Shown here: positions 24,238 through 34,488 of the stretch, piece after piece
Numbering within the stretch: position 1 is the first letter of the stretch
Layout: every line of letters begins with the position of its first letter
IMG/VR virus record: IMGVR_UViG_3300045988_134583
Location: 9,820 to 73,819 of that record
Source of the DNA: a virus
Direction: 5' to 3' (one strand)
DNA length: 64,000 nt
Notes under the pieces: model-generated
Seen by the model: the letters and a program-made list of their open reading frames with translations, nothing else
The model's database searches: none
What the model was told of the DNA's origin: nothing
Program-made: the position numbers and the translations under genes

Positions 24238-25329
24238 TTAAGCCGTCACGGTCACGTTGCAGGTGGCCTTGATAGCGTTGTTGCTCTTGAGGGTGATAGT
24301 GCAGGTATCGCTGCCCGCAGTGCTGCCACCGGTTACTACGCCGGTGTTGCTCACGGTAGCCTTGTCCCCGGCCATGGCATAGGTCATAGTGCCGTAGTCG
24401 GGCACAACGATGGAGTTATCTGCCATGAGGAAGCGCACGGGGATCTGAGCGGTAGCAGAGGTCTTTACGGTCACACCGCCGCCGATAACGACGAGGCCCT
24501 GTACATCCTGCTCTGCATCACCGTTGGGAACGTATACCCAGTAGGCCAGCTGAGACATGGCGCAGTCGGTGCATACAGTGGTATCGCCAACGGGGTCGTA
24601 AAGCAATGCGGTGCCGGACAGAGCGGTGGTGGCGTTGCTGGACTGAGAACCGTCGGTATCCGCCTTGGCGGAGAACTGCATACGAGGAATAATGCAGTAG
24701 AGCCAGCCGACCATGGAGGACTGAGAGCTTGCAACGGTGTTCTCGGTGCTGTAAACGGCAATCTGGATGGTTACGCGCTTAATTGCAGGGGAGAACACGG
24801 AGTTGGCGACCAACTGTTTGGCGGAAGCCTTGTTTACCCAGTAGTACACCTTGTAGGTAGTACCGGAAGTGGCGGTGAAGCCTACAACTTCGTGGGTATC
24901 GTTGTTGATGGTGTAGGCGGTAGCGGCATTGGAAGTGCCGTCGCTTACATAAGCAACAATCTTGGACAAGCCCTGGGGAGCTACGGCGGTAGCAGAAGCA
25001 GAAATGCTCAGAGTGGTACTGGATGCGGTAACGATCTCGCACACAGGAGCGGGGGCGTTGTACGTCACCTGAGAACCGAGCTGCATTGCGCGGGCTTCCA
25101 GAGAGAAGTCAGCAGCGGTCAGTTCCAGATTGACAGCGGAATCGGAGGGGAGCTGAATGGCAATAGCGTTGCCCAGACCGGCCCGGACTTCATTCATGTT
25201 GACGGAAGTGGTCAGGTTTGCGGTCTGCACCTTATTGGACTGGTAATCTACGTTGCCGGTTAACGGATCGTCTACGACAACGTTGCAAGTGCCCTTGGCA
25301 TACAAGTTTTTATTATTGAGCTGAAGCAC
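24238..25329 (-). CDS. putative major tail protein with C-terminal Ig-like (Big_2-type) domain
   Basis: 363 aa, upstream of the tape measure gene. C-terminus ATVSNTGVVTGGSTAGSDTCTITLKSNNAIKATCNVTVTA is Ig-like. Confidence 0.5.
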   Translation of the reverse strand: MLQLNNKNLYAKGTCNVVVDDPLTGNVDYQSNKVQTANLTTSVNMNEVRAGLGNAIAIQLPSDSAVNLELTAADFSLEARAMQLGSQVTYNAPAPVCEIVTASSTTLSISASATAVAPQGLSKIVAYVSDGTSNAATAYTINNDTHEVVGFTATSGTTYKVYYWVNKASAKQLVANSVFSPAIKRVTIQIAVYSTENTVASSQSSMVGWLYCIIPRMQFSAKADTDGSQSSNATTALSGTALLYDPVGDTTVCTDCAMSQLAYWVYVPNGDAEQDVQGLVVIGGGVTVKTSATAQIPVRFLMADNSIVVPDYGTMTYAMAGDKATVSNTGVVTGGSTAGSDTCTITLKSNNAIKATCNVTVTA

Positions 25330-25347
25330 AGTGGTTTCTCCTTTGCT

Positions 25348-26190
25348 TTATGAAATTGATGGTGTGTTAGGCGCATTTTGATCTGTGGAAATAGTGGCGT
25401 TATGAGCCTTTTGCAGAGCATCCATAGAAATAAGACCGGCTGTATCGCTCTTTTCCCGGTCAAAACACCAGGAAGGTGTCGGGTTGCCCTCCTTGTACTT
25501 TCCTCCGTTTGCTTCTACAATGGCGGCGACCAGATAGCCGTATCGCCTTGAAATGGAGCGGACTTCCTCTTCAAACTCTTTTATCGTCCACTCGAAAAGC
25601 TCACTTTTTCGTATCCTTCTTTCGCTTGCTACGCTTGCAAGAAGGTCGTTCAGTTCAGTGTTCAGCGGCACGGCATTGGCCGCATTCATATCTTCCTGCG
25701 CCTGTATAAGATCGGGGTTATCCGCTTCGTCCGGAAGCGTTTCCCCGTTAAGTTCGGCTATCAGCTCCCGCACCTGCTGGAACTGAGCGGACGTTATTTG
25801 GTACGTCCTGTCGCCTTGTTTGATTTGGATGGCCGTTAGCGCACGTTGGTTCGAAACCTTCCCTAATGGGACGATCTCATCCTTATCTGATAGCCGCAAC
25901 GATAAGAACAGGATCTTCATCAGGGCTGGCCACTCGCCTCCGCCCGCTTCCGGGCCTTGCATCATACGGGAAATGGCCGCGTCATAACTCATTGCCCATA
26001 CGCACTCAAGGTATGGAAGCACGGCGTATTGTACAGGGAGCGTGCCCTGACGCAGCAAGAGCACTGGCTTACACGCCTGCCATATTTCGTAATCTTCTAC
26101 TAACAGGGGATAGTAGACCATTCCTTCCAGCTCTACCGCTTCATTCTTTTGCAGAGCTTTCCGTTTATCTGAAAAGGGGTGTACATGCAT
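25348..26190 (-). CDS. hypothetical virion-module protein (280 aa)
   Basis: ORF in the head-tail joining region. Confidence 0.55.
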   Translation of the reverse strand: MHVHPFSDKRKALQKNEAVELEGMVYYPLLVEDYEIWQACKPVLLLRQGTLPVQYAVLPYLECVWAMSYDAAISRMMQGPEAGGGEWPALMKILFLSLRLSDKDEIVPLGKVSNQRALTAIQIKQGDRTYQITSAQFQQVRELIAELNGETLPDEADNPDLIQAQEDMNAANAVPLNTELNDLLASVASERRIRKSELFEWTIKEFEEEVRSISRRYGYLVAAIVEANGGKYKEGNPTPSWCFDREKSDTAGLISMDALQKAHNATISTDQNAPNTPSIS

Positions 26191-26213
26191 TCGTCTGCCG
26201 CCCTTCTCATGCG

Positions 26214-26879
26214 TTAAGTGACTGGCATCTCGCCCAGCTTATCGCCCATGATCGTAAGACCCATAACAAGCTGGTAGCCTACGTTATGCGCGTCGTCCGT
26301 TATGTAGCGGATCCCGCACTCGGCGTTCTGTTTCCGGTCAAAATAGAAGGTTCCAACGCCCACGCCCATATTCAAGCCAGCAAGAGCGGCCATAATATCG
26401 GATGTAATTGCCCATGACCGGGAGAGCGCATAGTCCTTTGTGTTGGAATCGTAGGAGGTATTGCACAGCGTCCGGAACACTACGGAAAGTTCCGACTTAA
26501 AGGGGTTGGATGCCTGTGCATATCCCATAAATGCGTTGATTCTGGTCTGCGCCTTTTCCTGTGCCTGTAACACTGCCATCTGAGGGAACATCCTGTAGCC
26601 TTTAAGCGTGGGTGCCGCATCCGGTTTTTCCGGGTCATATATAATGGAGAGCTTTTCTTCGGGAGTGGGAATGCGCTGATCCAGTGGCCGTGCATCATCC
26701 CAAAACAGTCTCTTGACAAGCCGCACCCTTGGGCATCGGTTATCCTCAAACGGGACGTGGGTTCCGGTGGGCATATCCAATAAGTAGTAAAACACCTTGC
26801 GAAGCAGCTTTTCAGCATCCGGGAAGGTGAGATATGCCTGTGTCCGCTCATACGGTTCATACCAGTTTTCAAAGGCCAT
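26214..26879 (-). CDS. hypothetical virion-module protein (221 aa)
   Basis: ORF in the operon. Confidence 0.55.
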   Translation of the reverse strand: MAFENWYEPYERTQAYLTFPDAEKLLRKVFYYLLDMPTGTHVPFEDNRCPRVRLVKRLFWDDARPLDQRIPTPEEKLSIIYDPEKPDAAPTLKGYRMFPQMAVLQAQEKAQTRINAFMGYAQASNPFKSELSVVFRTLCNTSYDSNTKDYALSRSWAITSDIMAALAGLNMGVGVGTFYFDRKQNAECGIRYITDDAHNVGYQLVMGLTIMGDKLGEMPVT

Positions 26880-26886
26880 GGTGTTG

Positions 26887-27459
26887 TTACTCCTTGACCT
26901 TTTCCGCCTCGATCTTTTTAAGGGTTTCCAGCAGCTCGTTAAGATCGTCCGGTGTAAGGGCGTTCATCTTATTTGCCATAAGAGTACGCCCTACAGGGTC
27001 ATTTTTCAGAGCCATTTCCTGCTCGATCTCGATGTTCAACATCCGGAGGAACTGATGGTAATCATTCAGCATCTCATAACAGGCATCTGCCACTCCGGGG
27101 GTCTTACTCCGTTTCATGCGGTCGATCTGAGCTTCAAAGTTGCCCCAGCGGTCTGTATCGTCAGCAGACATAAGCCACTGGATAGGCTTGCCGCCTTCGC
27201 TTTCCTCCGTATGCACCGGGTCAAATCCCTTCCGCATATACTCCTTAACGAAAACGCCCGTCTTAAACATGGCCTCCCGTAGAGTATTCCGATCTGCCAT
27301 ATCGGGAATGGCAGTCTTTTCGCCCCCGTCCATAATGGCTACAGGCTTTGTCTCCACTACGAGCTGGGCGATAAACTTTGCAGCTACCCATTTCTGCGTA
27401 ACGGGCATGTAGGTGTTGGCGTTCTTTATATCGTTTTCCGTTATAACAATGCGTTCCAT
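26887..27459 (-). CDS. hypothetical protein (190 aa)
   Basis: Start moved to MERIVITEND behind AAGGAG. The longer track ORF would run through the tRNA gene. Confidence 0.55.
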   Translation of the reverse strand: MERIVITENDIKNANTYMPVTQKWVAAKFIAQLVVETKPVAIMDGGEKTAIPDMADRNTLREAMFKTGVFVKEYMRKGFDPVHTEESEGGKPIQWLMSADDTDRWGNFEAQIDRMKRSKTPGVADACYEMLNDYHQFLRMLNIEIEQEMALKNDPVGRTLMANKMNALTPDDLNELLETLKKIEAEKVKE

Positions 27460-27492
27460 GCGTATTTTCTCCTTTTTTTGCATGTTGGATAT

Positions 27493-27566
27493 TGGCAGGG
27501 ATGGAAGGTATCGAACCTTCTGCATCCGGGTCAAAACCGGATATTCTCCCTTTGAACTACATCCCT
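27493..27566 (-). tRNA. tRNA-Gln (anticodon UUG), CCA encoded
   Basis: Manual cloverleaf: acceptor AGGGATG/CATCCCT, D stem GTTC/GAAT, anticodon stem TCCGG/CCGGA with loop TTTTGAC, T arm GAAGG-TTCGATA-CCTTC, then GCCA. Confidence 0.85.
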
Positions 27567-28014
27567 ATGCGTTCTGTCCCCAGCGAAGCGTGTTGTAATA
27601 CTCTTTAACGGCCTTTATGGAATATACCGCCTTGGAGTTTTCAAATTCTTCGTGAGCACGGCAGAAACTCTCGTACTCGTCAATGTCTGTCAGGACATCT
27701 TCCAGCCGCTCTTTCGATGGCTTCCGTCCTTCTGCGATCTCGTCTGCCATCTGCAAAGCCCTGCGTCTGGCTTCCTTTGCGTTCTTGATCTCATCAGCAT
27801 GGACGTGCTCGTCATGCTTTTCGCACAGCTCGTCCAGTCGCTTTTTCATCTCCTGAATAAGGGAGTATGTCTGCTCTTCCTGTTTCTCGATCTTTGCTTT
27901 GCTCTTATCTTCCTTGTTCCACTTACGGGTCAGAAACAGTCCGGTCAGGGATACTGCCGCCCCTATGGCCGCACTGGTTCCGTAAGTGATTACTGCGCTT
28001 ACCACTTCATTCAT
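27565..28014 (-). CDS. membrane-anchored coiled-coil protein
   Basis: N-terminal hydrophobic helix (VVSAVITYGTSAAIGAAVSLTGLFL) followed by a charged helical region. Confidence 0.5.
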   Translation of the reverse strand: MNEVVSAVITYGTSAAIGAAVSLTGLFLTRKWNKEDKSKAKIEKQEEQTYSLIQEMKKRLDELCEKHDEHVHADEIKNAKEARRRALQMADEIAEGRKPSKERLEDVLTDIDEYESFCRAHEEFENSKAVYSIKAVKEYYNTLRWGQNA

Positions 28015-28034
28015 TTTTTACCCTTCCGGCGGGA

Positions 28035-28241
28035 TTATTTGCCCTGATAGACCGCACAAACCCGGCCTGGGTCGTCCGCCACTTCGTATCTTTTGGTCAT
28101 GCCGCAATACCGCTGGAAGGCGCAGATGCATTGGGATGCTTCATGCGTATTGGTCGGCTCCTTCCCTCCAGGGTAAAGCTTGGAACACGTTACAAACCGC
28201 CATAGGCTATCCCGCCGGGCGTATTCGCAGTTATATGCCAT
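28035..28241 (-). CDS. small Cys-rich hypothetical protein
   Basis: 68-aa ORF between operon genes. Confidence 0.4.
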   Translation of the reverse strand: MAYNCEYARRDSLWRFVTCSKLYPGGKEPTNTHEASQCICAFQRYCGMTKRYEVADDPGRVCAVYQGK

Positions 28242-28251
28242 GGGTTTCTCC

Positions 28252-29559
28252 TTAAAAAGCCATCAAAACGACGATCTGCTCTGCCGTCTGTCCGTTGCAG
28301 GAGGCAGTTATCGTCAGGGGAATATTAGAGGTGTCGTAGCAGGTGACGATCAGTGTGTTTCCGTCCGTTACGGCCTTATAGCACGTTTCTTCCGGGCCGG
28401 AGAAGGTGTAAGTAATGGGGTTCTCCGTTTTCACCCCGTCCTCATAGTAAGCAGCTTCGGTATTGAAACTCTCATACTGGCCTATTTTCATAGGTACTGG
28501 CATAAGGAACTGCACAAAATCATTTGTAGAGGACTTGGCGACTGTTATTTCCAGCGTTTTTCTGATGGAAGGGTTCTCGTGCAAGTAGCACTCTATCTCG
28601 GCAGAGCCAGCCCCCTTTGCCGTCACATTCCCCTCTGCGTCCACGGCAAGCACATCTGTATCGCTGCTGTCCCAGCCGTAAGAGAAGGGGAATTTATCTC
28701 CGTCCGGTGTTTCTCCGTTACGCACGGATACCGGAACCAGCTTTTGCTTGGTTCCTGCGATCATGCTATGACTTCCTTCCATCGTTATCTCCCAGGAGAA
28801 AGCGCCTGCATCGGCCACTTCGTTTTCCAGATCGTCATACACATTGGCTTCGCTAAGTCTGCACTCAGCTTTTATGACGTGATTACTGTCCGCTTCCATG
28901 GTGTAGTCCCGGACAAAATTAGTCATACCCGTCAGGTAGTACCCTTCCCCGCCCAATATGATCCGCGTATTGTTTTTTACGTCCCGTGTGGTGTCATTCA
29001 GCTGTAAGATAACGTGCTGATAGGTGCTCGGCAGGGTGATATACTCCGTTACCCAGTTGGCAGACGCAAGGCTCATGCCCTTGGAGTAGGACATTGGCGT
29101 TTTTACCACGTTGCCGTAATAATCCAGGTGGTTATAAGTGCAGTTGCACCGGCGTACTACCGCATTTCCCACGATAGAGGCCGTGTTGCCGGGATTGACT
29201 ACGATCCAGTAATTGTTGTTAAAGTACACATACGCGCCGGAAGGAATGTAGTCTATGCTGTCGTTTTCCAGCAGAATGGTCTGCCAATCGTCCCCCAGAT
29301 GCTCCCCCGTGGTAGGGTTAATGAGGTCAGAGGAGCGGAGTTTTACAGGCGTCCATGCGTAAAAATCCTTGTAATCTACGCCCTGAATCTCTCCTTCAAA
29401 CACATCGGAGGCGAGATAGAAATTCCTTCTGTAAAAGGCTTTGGTAGCCTTGCTGAAAAGCTGCTTTTGCAATCCCCCTGCATGAGGGACGTTGGAACCA
29501 AACGAAGAAGGGAGCTTCCCCGCCGTAGCCGTCCTGATATTTTTCTGAATATCCGCCAT
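28252..29559 (-). CDS. virion protein with Ig-like (Big_2-type) domain
   Basis: 435 aa. ...SSDTDVLAVDAEGNVTAKGAGSAEIECYL... is a Big_2-like segment. Confidence 0.6.
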   Translation of the reverse strand: MADIQKNIRTATAGKLPSSFGSNVPHAGGLQKQLFSKATKAFYRRNFYLASDVFEGEIQGVDYKDFYAWTPVKLRSSDLINPTTGEHLGDDWQTILLENDSIDYIPSGAYVYFNNNYWIVVNPGNTASIVGNAVVRRCNCTYNHLDYYGNVVKTPMSYSKGMSLASANWVTEYITLPSTYQHVILQLNDTTRDVKNNTRIILGGEGYYLTGMTNFVRDYTMEADSNHVIKAECRLSEANVYDDLENEVADAGAFSWEITMEGSHSMIAGTKQKLVPVSVRNGETPDGDKFPFSYGWDSSDTDVLAVDAEGNVTAKGAGSAEIECYLHENPSIRKTLEITVAKSSTNDFVQFLMPVPMKIGQYESFNTEAAYYEDGVKTENPITYTFSGPEETCYKAVTDGNTLIVTCYDTSNIPLTITASCNGQTAEQIVVLMAF

Positions 29560-29607
29560 GCAATGCTCCCTTCTAATATGCGTCCATATGTATTTCTTTT
29601 GTGCAAA

Positions 29608-30321
29608 TCACGGTGAAAACCGAACGTGCTTAATAATTACCTGTCTGTAGTGGGCGTTTTGCTCGTACTTCATAAGGCGGTCATTCAGCTCAATCTGAAT
29701 CTGCCTGCGCTTACGCTCCTGTGCTTCCGTCCACGCGCCCTCGGTAGAGGACGGCTTAAACGTCTTATCGTAGGTCTTGGGTGTCCGGTCTATCCATGCT
29801 CCGGAGAAGGCCGTCTCCCATAGGCTTCCCAGACACATACACAGGATCTCCTTTATCTCCCCATTCAACGGGTTATCGAAAACTGCATCCGTATAAAAAT
29901 CCAGTTCGATTATGTCCTCTGCCCTGACAGGGGAATCTTCGGAGGCGTATACCGTAACGTCCCCACTTGTGGGGTCGTAGGATCCAGTTCTTGGGGTGTA
30001 TACGGTATCCCCGAATCGATCTTTGGAGATAATGCCAATGGAGCACAGTTCATATCCCGTGCGTCCACTGGCTATCATCACGTTTTCTTCCGTGTAGTTT
30101 CCCTGTACCTTTTCCATGCTGTCGAAGGACGGCTCGGAATAAGTCAGGTATTCCCGCATTTCAGGCGGACGGTCAAATTTCGTGACTGCCAGCTCCATCA
30201 TTTGGGACTTCTGTCGCAGAAAAAGGGCCGGATTCTCTGAGAAATCCTGTTCCCATCTGTCGTCGTTAATGACTTTGGACGCCATTGCCAGCGTAATGAT
30301 GTCTGTAAAGGTGGTGGCCAC
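29608..30321 (-). CDS. hypothetical head-module protein (237 aa)
   Basis: ORF in the operon. Confidence 0.55.
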   Translation of the reverse strand: MATTFTDIITLAMASKVINDDRWEQDFSENPALFLRQKSQMMELAVTKFDRPPEMREYLTYSEPSFDSMEKVQGNYTEENVMIASGRTGYELCSIGIISKDRFGDTVYTPRTGSYDPTSGDVTVYASEDSPVRAEDIIELDFYTDAVFDNPLNGEIKEILCMCLGSLWETAFSGAWIDRTPKTYDKTFKPSSTEGAWTEAQERKRRQIQIELNDRLMKYEQNAHYRQVIIKHVRFSP

Positions 30322-30374
30322 GCATGTCCTCCCGAATTAGTTCTATGTGGAACTTGTTCCACGCTGTTTCACGG

Positions 30375-31118
30375 TTAGTCTCTCTCGTCTGCCTCGTCCC
30401 GTTCGTTCATTCCCCGGATGATGGCAATGAAGTCTCCGTCTCTGCGAGGATCTACATCCGGCAGGTCTCTGTAACGCTTTTTGGACAGCTTATTGAGCTT
30501 CACGATCAGATCCCGATTGCCCAGAATCCGCTTATCGCCGTTCTCGTATGCTTCCAGGAACTTACTGGCCACAGCGTCCTTATAGGCGGGGCAAAGATCC
30601 TGATACACATCCAGCAGCTTTTCAGGCCGTTCGACGAAGTTCCGGAACATATCCTCACTCATGACCTCATTGGGTGCATAAGAGACCTCATACATAGCCC
30701 GTTCTTCGTCCGTAAGGCCGTCCATGACCAGCAGTTTTCTCTTTTTCAGGAGCAGCTGCACGAAGTTATCCCGGAACTCTCCGAAAAAATCATCCCTGCT
30801 TACGGAGAAACGGCCTATGGGGCCTGTAATGGAGCCAAATTTGCCGTTATTGCCGAACTGGATATAGTTATCGTCCGAACAGGAATCCATAAAAAGAAGC
30901 TTAACCATGGGCTTCTCAGCTGTTACCTGTACCACGCTATTGGCGGTGGCAGCCTGCATCTTCGCCATGGCTTCCTTGACGGCGGCTTCTACAAGAGCCT
31001 GCACCTGCTCTTTTGTGAAGGTTTCAGGTGCCTTTTCCTCGGCAACGGGTTCCTGCTTTTTATTCTCTTTTGCGGCCTTACGAGCGGCCTTTTCTTCCTC
31101 AGTCAGCTTTGCAGCCAT
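30375..31118 (-). CDS. hypothetical head-module protein (247 aa)
   Basis: ORF with a Lys/Glu/Ala-rich N-terminus. GAAAGGAAGAAAAA RBS. Confidence 0.55.
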   Translation of the reverse strand: MAAKLTEEEKAARKAAKENKKQEPVAEEKAPETFTKEQVQALVEAAVKEAMAKMQAATANSVVQVTAEKPMVKLLFMDSCSDDNYIQFGNNGKFGSITGPIGRFSVSRDDFFGEFRDNFVQLLLKKRKLLVMDGLTDEERAMYEVSYAPNEVMSEDMFRNFVERPEKLLDVYQDLCPAYKDAVASKFLEAYENGDKRILGNRDLIVKLNKLSKKRYRDLPDVDPRRDGDFIAIIRGMNERDEADERD

Positions 31119-31160
31119 GTGTTTTTCTTCCTTTCTTTACATGGTTTTGTGCTTGTAAAA

Positions 31161-31204
31161 TGGCGCGGGCTTCCGGAGTCGAACCGGAAAGAGCCTCAAC
31201 CCGC
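31161..31204 (-). other. tRNA-like minihelix (acceptor stem + T arm + GCCA, no D/anticodon arms)
   Basis: Minus strand: GCGGGTT-gaggctctt-TCCGG-TTCGACT-CCGGA-AGCCCGC-G-CCA. Preceded by an 11-bp hairpin (31211-31235) right after the capsid gene stop. Confidence 0.5.
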
Positions 31205-31244
31205 ATGTATAGGAGGGAGAGGTTGTCTCCCTCCTTGAAGCACA

Positions 31245-32453
31245 TCAGGTGATGGAGCTGATAACACCGATCTTGGAACCCATGGGGGCGATAGCGCCTA
31301 CACTCAGGGTCATGTTGATATCGATGCTGTTGTCGCCGGTCTCCCGAGGATCCATCTCAATGACGATAGGATCGTCCTCGAAGATAATATAAACGGGCGC
31401 ATAGCCTTCGCCAGCACGGGCAACCATCCAGATGGTGTCGGTGGGCAGCATCTCGGTGGGAGCGGCGTTGTTGACGGTGCCAGCGGGGTACGCGTTCTGG
31501 ATGAGCGCCATGGGAACGCCCAGAGCGGTGCCCATGTAGCCCCGGCTGAACCATTCCTGACCCAGCTGGTAGGTGAGGGCGGCGTCCTGAGAAGTGCCGG
31601 AGGGCAGTACCTTGGACAGGGGCAGCCAGTCACCGTATGCTACGATGCTCTCACGGGGCAGACCGTTGGCCTGAGACACTGCCTTTGCCAGAGAAATCCA
31701 GTTGGCGGTGGTGTATCCGGTTTTCTTGAGGTAGGCAGGGATAGCAGCCGCATTGGCGATACCTGCGGTCATGGCCGCATTCCACATGGCGAGAATTTTG
31801 TTCTCGATGCCGCCAGCCATGGCGAGGTAGTACCGACCGATGTCCGCACCGCCGTCCTGATTGCCCACGAGCTGATACCACTTGACCTTGGCAGCTGCAC
31901 TCTTGGGAGTGGGGTTGCAAGTGATATTCTTCTCGTACAGGTAGTTCTTGGGCACACTGCGGGAAGCGCCCCAGGAGCTATCCTGGAAAACGAAGATATC
32001 ATTGGACAGAGTCCGCACCTCGTAGGTCTTGCCAATGGGAGTACGATCTACAAAGGCCAGATCGCCCAGAGCGTTAGAGGTGGTGTAGGGAATCATGGGA
32101 GAAATTACCTCGGTGGTAATTCCCTGCAAGGTTGCCAGGAAGGAGTTATTCCGGAACCACTGCTTCTGACCCCGCAGGAACTCCGCGTAATCCTGGGGAG
32201 CGTCTTGACCGGTGGCCTGAGCGGCTACCTTGGCGCAGAACAAGAAGGTTTTCTGAGAAATACTCTCATTCATCTTCCTGTACTCGGCCTCGTTCATACG
32301 AGCCTCGAACTTCTCTTTACGGGCATTGGCAAACAGTTTTCCATGGCTCTCGGCCAGAAGCAGACGGCTGCCAGCAACGATTTCCTTACGCTCGTCGGTT
32401 CTGCTGCCCACGAACAGGGAAGCAGGGGCGTTGTTAAGTTTCAAGGATTCCAT
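31245..32453 (-). CDS. putative major capsid protein
   Basis: 402 aa. Position after the protease/scaffold-like gene, high-expression context (strong downstream hairpins) and capsid-like composition. No search possible. Confidence 0.55.
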   Translation of the reverse strand: MESLKLNNAPASLFVGSRTDERKEIVAGSRLLLAESHGKLFANARKEKFEARMNEAEYRKMNESISQKTFLFCAKVAAQATGQDAPQDYAEFLRGQKQWFRNNSFLATLQGITTEVISPMIPYTTSNALGDLAFVDRTPIGKTYEVRTLSNDIFVFQDSSWGASRSVPKNYLYEKNITCNPTPKSAAAKVKWYQLVGNQDGGADIGRYYLAMAGGIENKILAMWNAAMTAGIANAAAIPAYLKKTGYTTANWISLAKAVSQANGLPRESIVAYGDWLPLSKVLPSGTSQDAALTYQLGQEWFSRGYMGTALGVPMALIQNAYPAGTVNNAAPTEMLPTDTIWMVARAGEGYAPVYIIFEDDPIVIEMDPRETGDNSIDINMTLSVGAIAPMGSKIGVISSIT

Positions 32454-32472
32454 TTATTTCACTTCCTCTCTG

Positions 32473-33063
32473 TTAGGCAGTAGCCACGTTGACGTCGCGG
32501 CAGGCCATGACATCGTAGTAGGTCATGCCAGCCCAGGAACCCACGGTGGCATTGCCGGTGTCTACCAGCTTGAAGTAAGGGGTGCCAGCCTTGGGAGCGG
32601 CAGATGCGGGAACCAGCAGACCAGCCGCAATGGTGAAGTAGGTGTTGGAGCCGATGGCAGTGCTCAGATTGCCGATGCCGAAGCGATAAATCTTATCGTT
32701 GGAGTCAAAGTCAATCTTGGTGAAGGTGGTGGGGATACCGGCCACTTCGCCCAGACCCAGAGTTTCGGTGCCCACCTTATAGGCGTTACCGGAAGCACTG
32801 GAAACCATCTGCACATCGTAGGGATTGCATGCGTAGATGCCGGTGATGTCGGAAGCGGCAGCAGCGGTCATGAGGTAGGCATTCATGTTGTTGATGCCGG
32901 TATACCCCTGATTGGGGTAACGGTTGCCACGGACGCAGAGCAGACCAGCGGAGCAGTCTGCGTTGGCACTGGAAGCCTGATATACGCCGGTGATGTTCGC
33001 CAGCTCGTCGTAGACGGAGTTGGAGCACTTCACCTCAAACATGGTGTTTGCGATAAAAGCCAT
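32473..33063 (-). CDS. hypothetical head protein (decoration/scaffold position)
   Basis: 196 aa, between the protease-like and capsid genes. Confidence 0.5.
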   Translation of the reverse strand: MAFIANTMFEVKCSNSVYDELANITGVYQASSANADCSAGLLCVRGNRYPNQGYTGINNMNAYLMTAAAASDITGIYACNPYDVQMVSSASGNAYKVGTETLGLGEVAGIPTTFTKIDFDSNDKIYRFGIGNLSTAIGSNTYFTIAAGLLVPASAAPKAGTPYFKLVDTGNATVGSWAGMTYYDVMACRDVNVATA

Positions 33064-33084
33064 GTGGTTTATTTTCCTTTCTCT

Positions 33085-34488
33085 TTACTTGCAGTTACGG
33101 GCAATAAGGCCGTCTACGCCGTCGCCCTCGTTGTTGTCGGTAGAGTTGCCCCGGATGGAATCCAGCCAGGAGTGGACGGAGTTTTCGGCCTTCTTACGGT
33201 CGGAGCGGATCTTGCTCTCGTGGTCGAAAATCTTGGACTTTACGACCTGACAAGCCTTCTCGTCGCCGCAGAACTCGCCCTTCTCGTTCTCGCACTCACT
33301 GTATTTATCTTCCTCGGCGTCCTTCTTGACGTCCTCCACTTCCTCGTCGGAGATGGGGTTCTCTGCATCCTCGTTGTACTTGGCAACAAGGGCATTGATA
33401 GCAGCAATGACGGAATTGCGCCGACGGGCGATCTCCTTGCGTTTCAGTTCCGTAGCTTCCTTCTCGGCGGAATTAGCGCGTTCCTCTGCCTGCTTCTGAG
33501 CGGTCTCAGCGGCAGAAGCCTTGTCGGTAAGCTCCTTAACCAGGGCGTCATAACCGGCCAGCACATCCACATGGATGGATTCTCCGTTTTCCATGACGGC
33601 CTCGGAGTTCAGGGCAACGGGCTTGATACGGGATTCAATGATATTGTCGCCGTCGTCAGCCTGCCGGGTGTACTCATACAGGCAGTTGTCCTTCTTGGAC
33701 AGAAGGCCAAAGCTCATGCCATCCTCGGAGTTACCCACGATCACATAGCCGGGGAACTTCTCACGCATGGCGTCAAGCTGTGCTTTATTAAAAGCCATCT
33801 TGCTTTTGTTTCCTTTCTCTTGGTTTTTTGCGGCTTCTTCTTGGTAGGCGGCGACCTTGAGCTTGAAATCTTTCAGATCGTCTGCCAGGGACAAGGTGCG
33901 GATATGCGCGCCTGCAACGGCGGGAGTTACGCCCAGCCCCAGAATGGTGGTGCCCAAAATCTGGTAGCGGTCGAAAACTTCTACGTCGTTTTCTTTCCTT
34001 ATATCTTCCACAAGCGTCTCGATGCTTACATCCATGCCTCTGGCTCCCTGTTCCGTCAGCAAGGCGGTAAGCTCCTGGGCGTAATAGCTCCAAATGGTGC
34101 CCTCGCCCACAATCCATTGCACGTTGTCCTTGTCTACAAGCTTTATATCTTCATCGGATTTGAACCATCCGACGATTCTTTCTGCTTTAGCGTCCATAAA
34201 GGAGGCGTATTCATTGCCCCGTTTATCCCGCTTCACCTTATAGTTGTGCCCGTCGCCCACCTTATCCGGGTTGGGATAGGCCACAAGGATGGGCGTATCC
34301 ACGAACAGGGAACGATGCTCGGAAAGGTTCTTGTACTGCCATCCGTTCCGGTTTACTTCCCCATTCAGCAGCCATACCTCAACCCGGTACTGAAACGGAT
34401 TTTCCTGTGCGAGAACCCGCAGCTTGCCGGGGAAGGATCGGTAGGCTTGGCCGCCGTCTACGGTCTTGAATTTACTCATCTTCTTCAT
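33085..34488 (-). CDS. putative prohead protease / scaffold fusion
   Basis: 467 aa. Globular N-terminal half (LLNGEVNRNGWQYK...), coiled-coil C-terminal half (AETAQKQAEERANSAEKEATELKRKE). Called from position. Confidence 0.4.
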   Translation of the reverse strand: MKKMSKFKTVDGGQAYRSFPGKLRVLAQENPFQYRVEVWLLNGEVNRNGWQYKNLSEHRSLFVDTPILVAYPNPDKVGDGHNYKVKRDKRGNEYASFMDAKAERIVGWFKSDEDIKLVDKDNVQWIVGEGTIWSYYAQELTALLTEQGARGMDVSIETLVEDIRKENDVEVFDRYQILGTTILGLGVTPAVAGAHIRTLSLADDLKDFKLKVAAYQEEAAKNQEKGNKSKMAFNKAQLDAMREKFPGYVIVGNSEDGMSFGLLSKKDNCLYEYTRQADDGDNIIESRIKPVALNSEAVMENGESIHVDVLAGYDALVKELTDKASAAETAQKQAEERANSAEKEATELKRKEIARRRNSVIAAINALVAKYNEDAENPISDEEVEDVKKDAEEDKYSECENEKGEFCGDEKACQVVKSKIFDHESKIRSDRKKAENSVHSWLDSIRGNSTDNNEGDGVDGLIARNCK

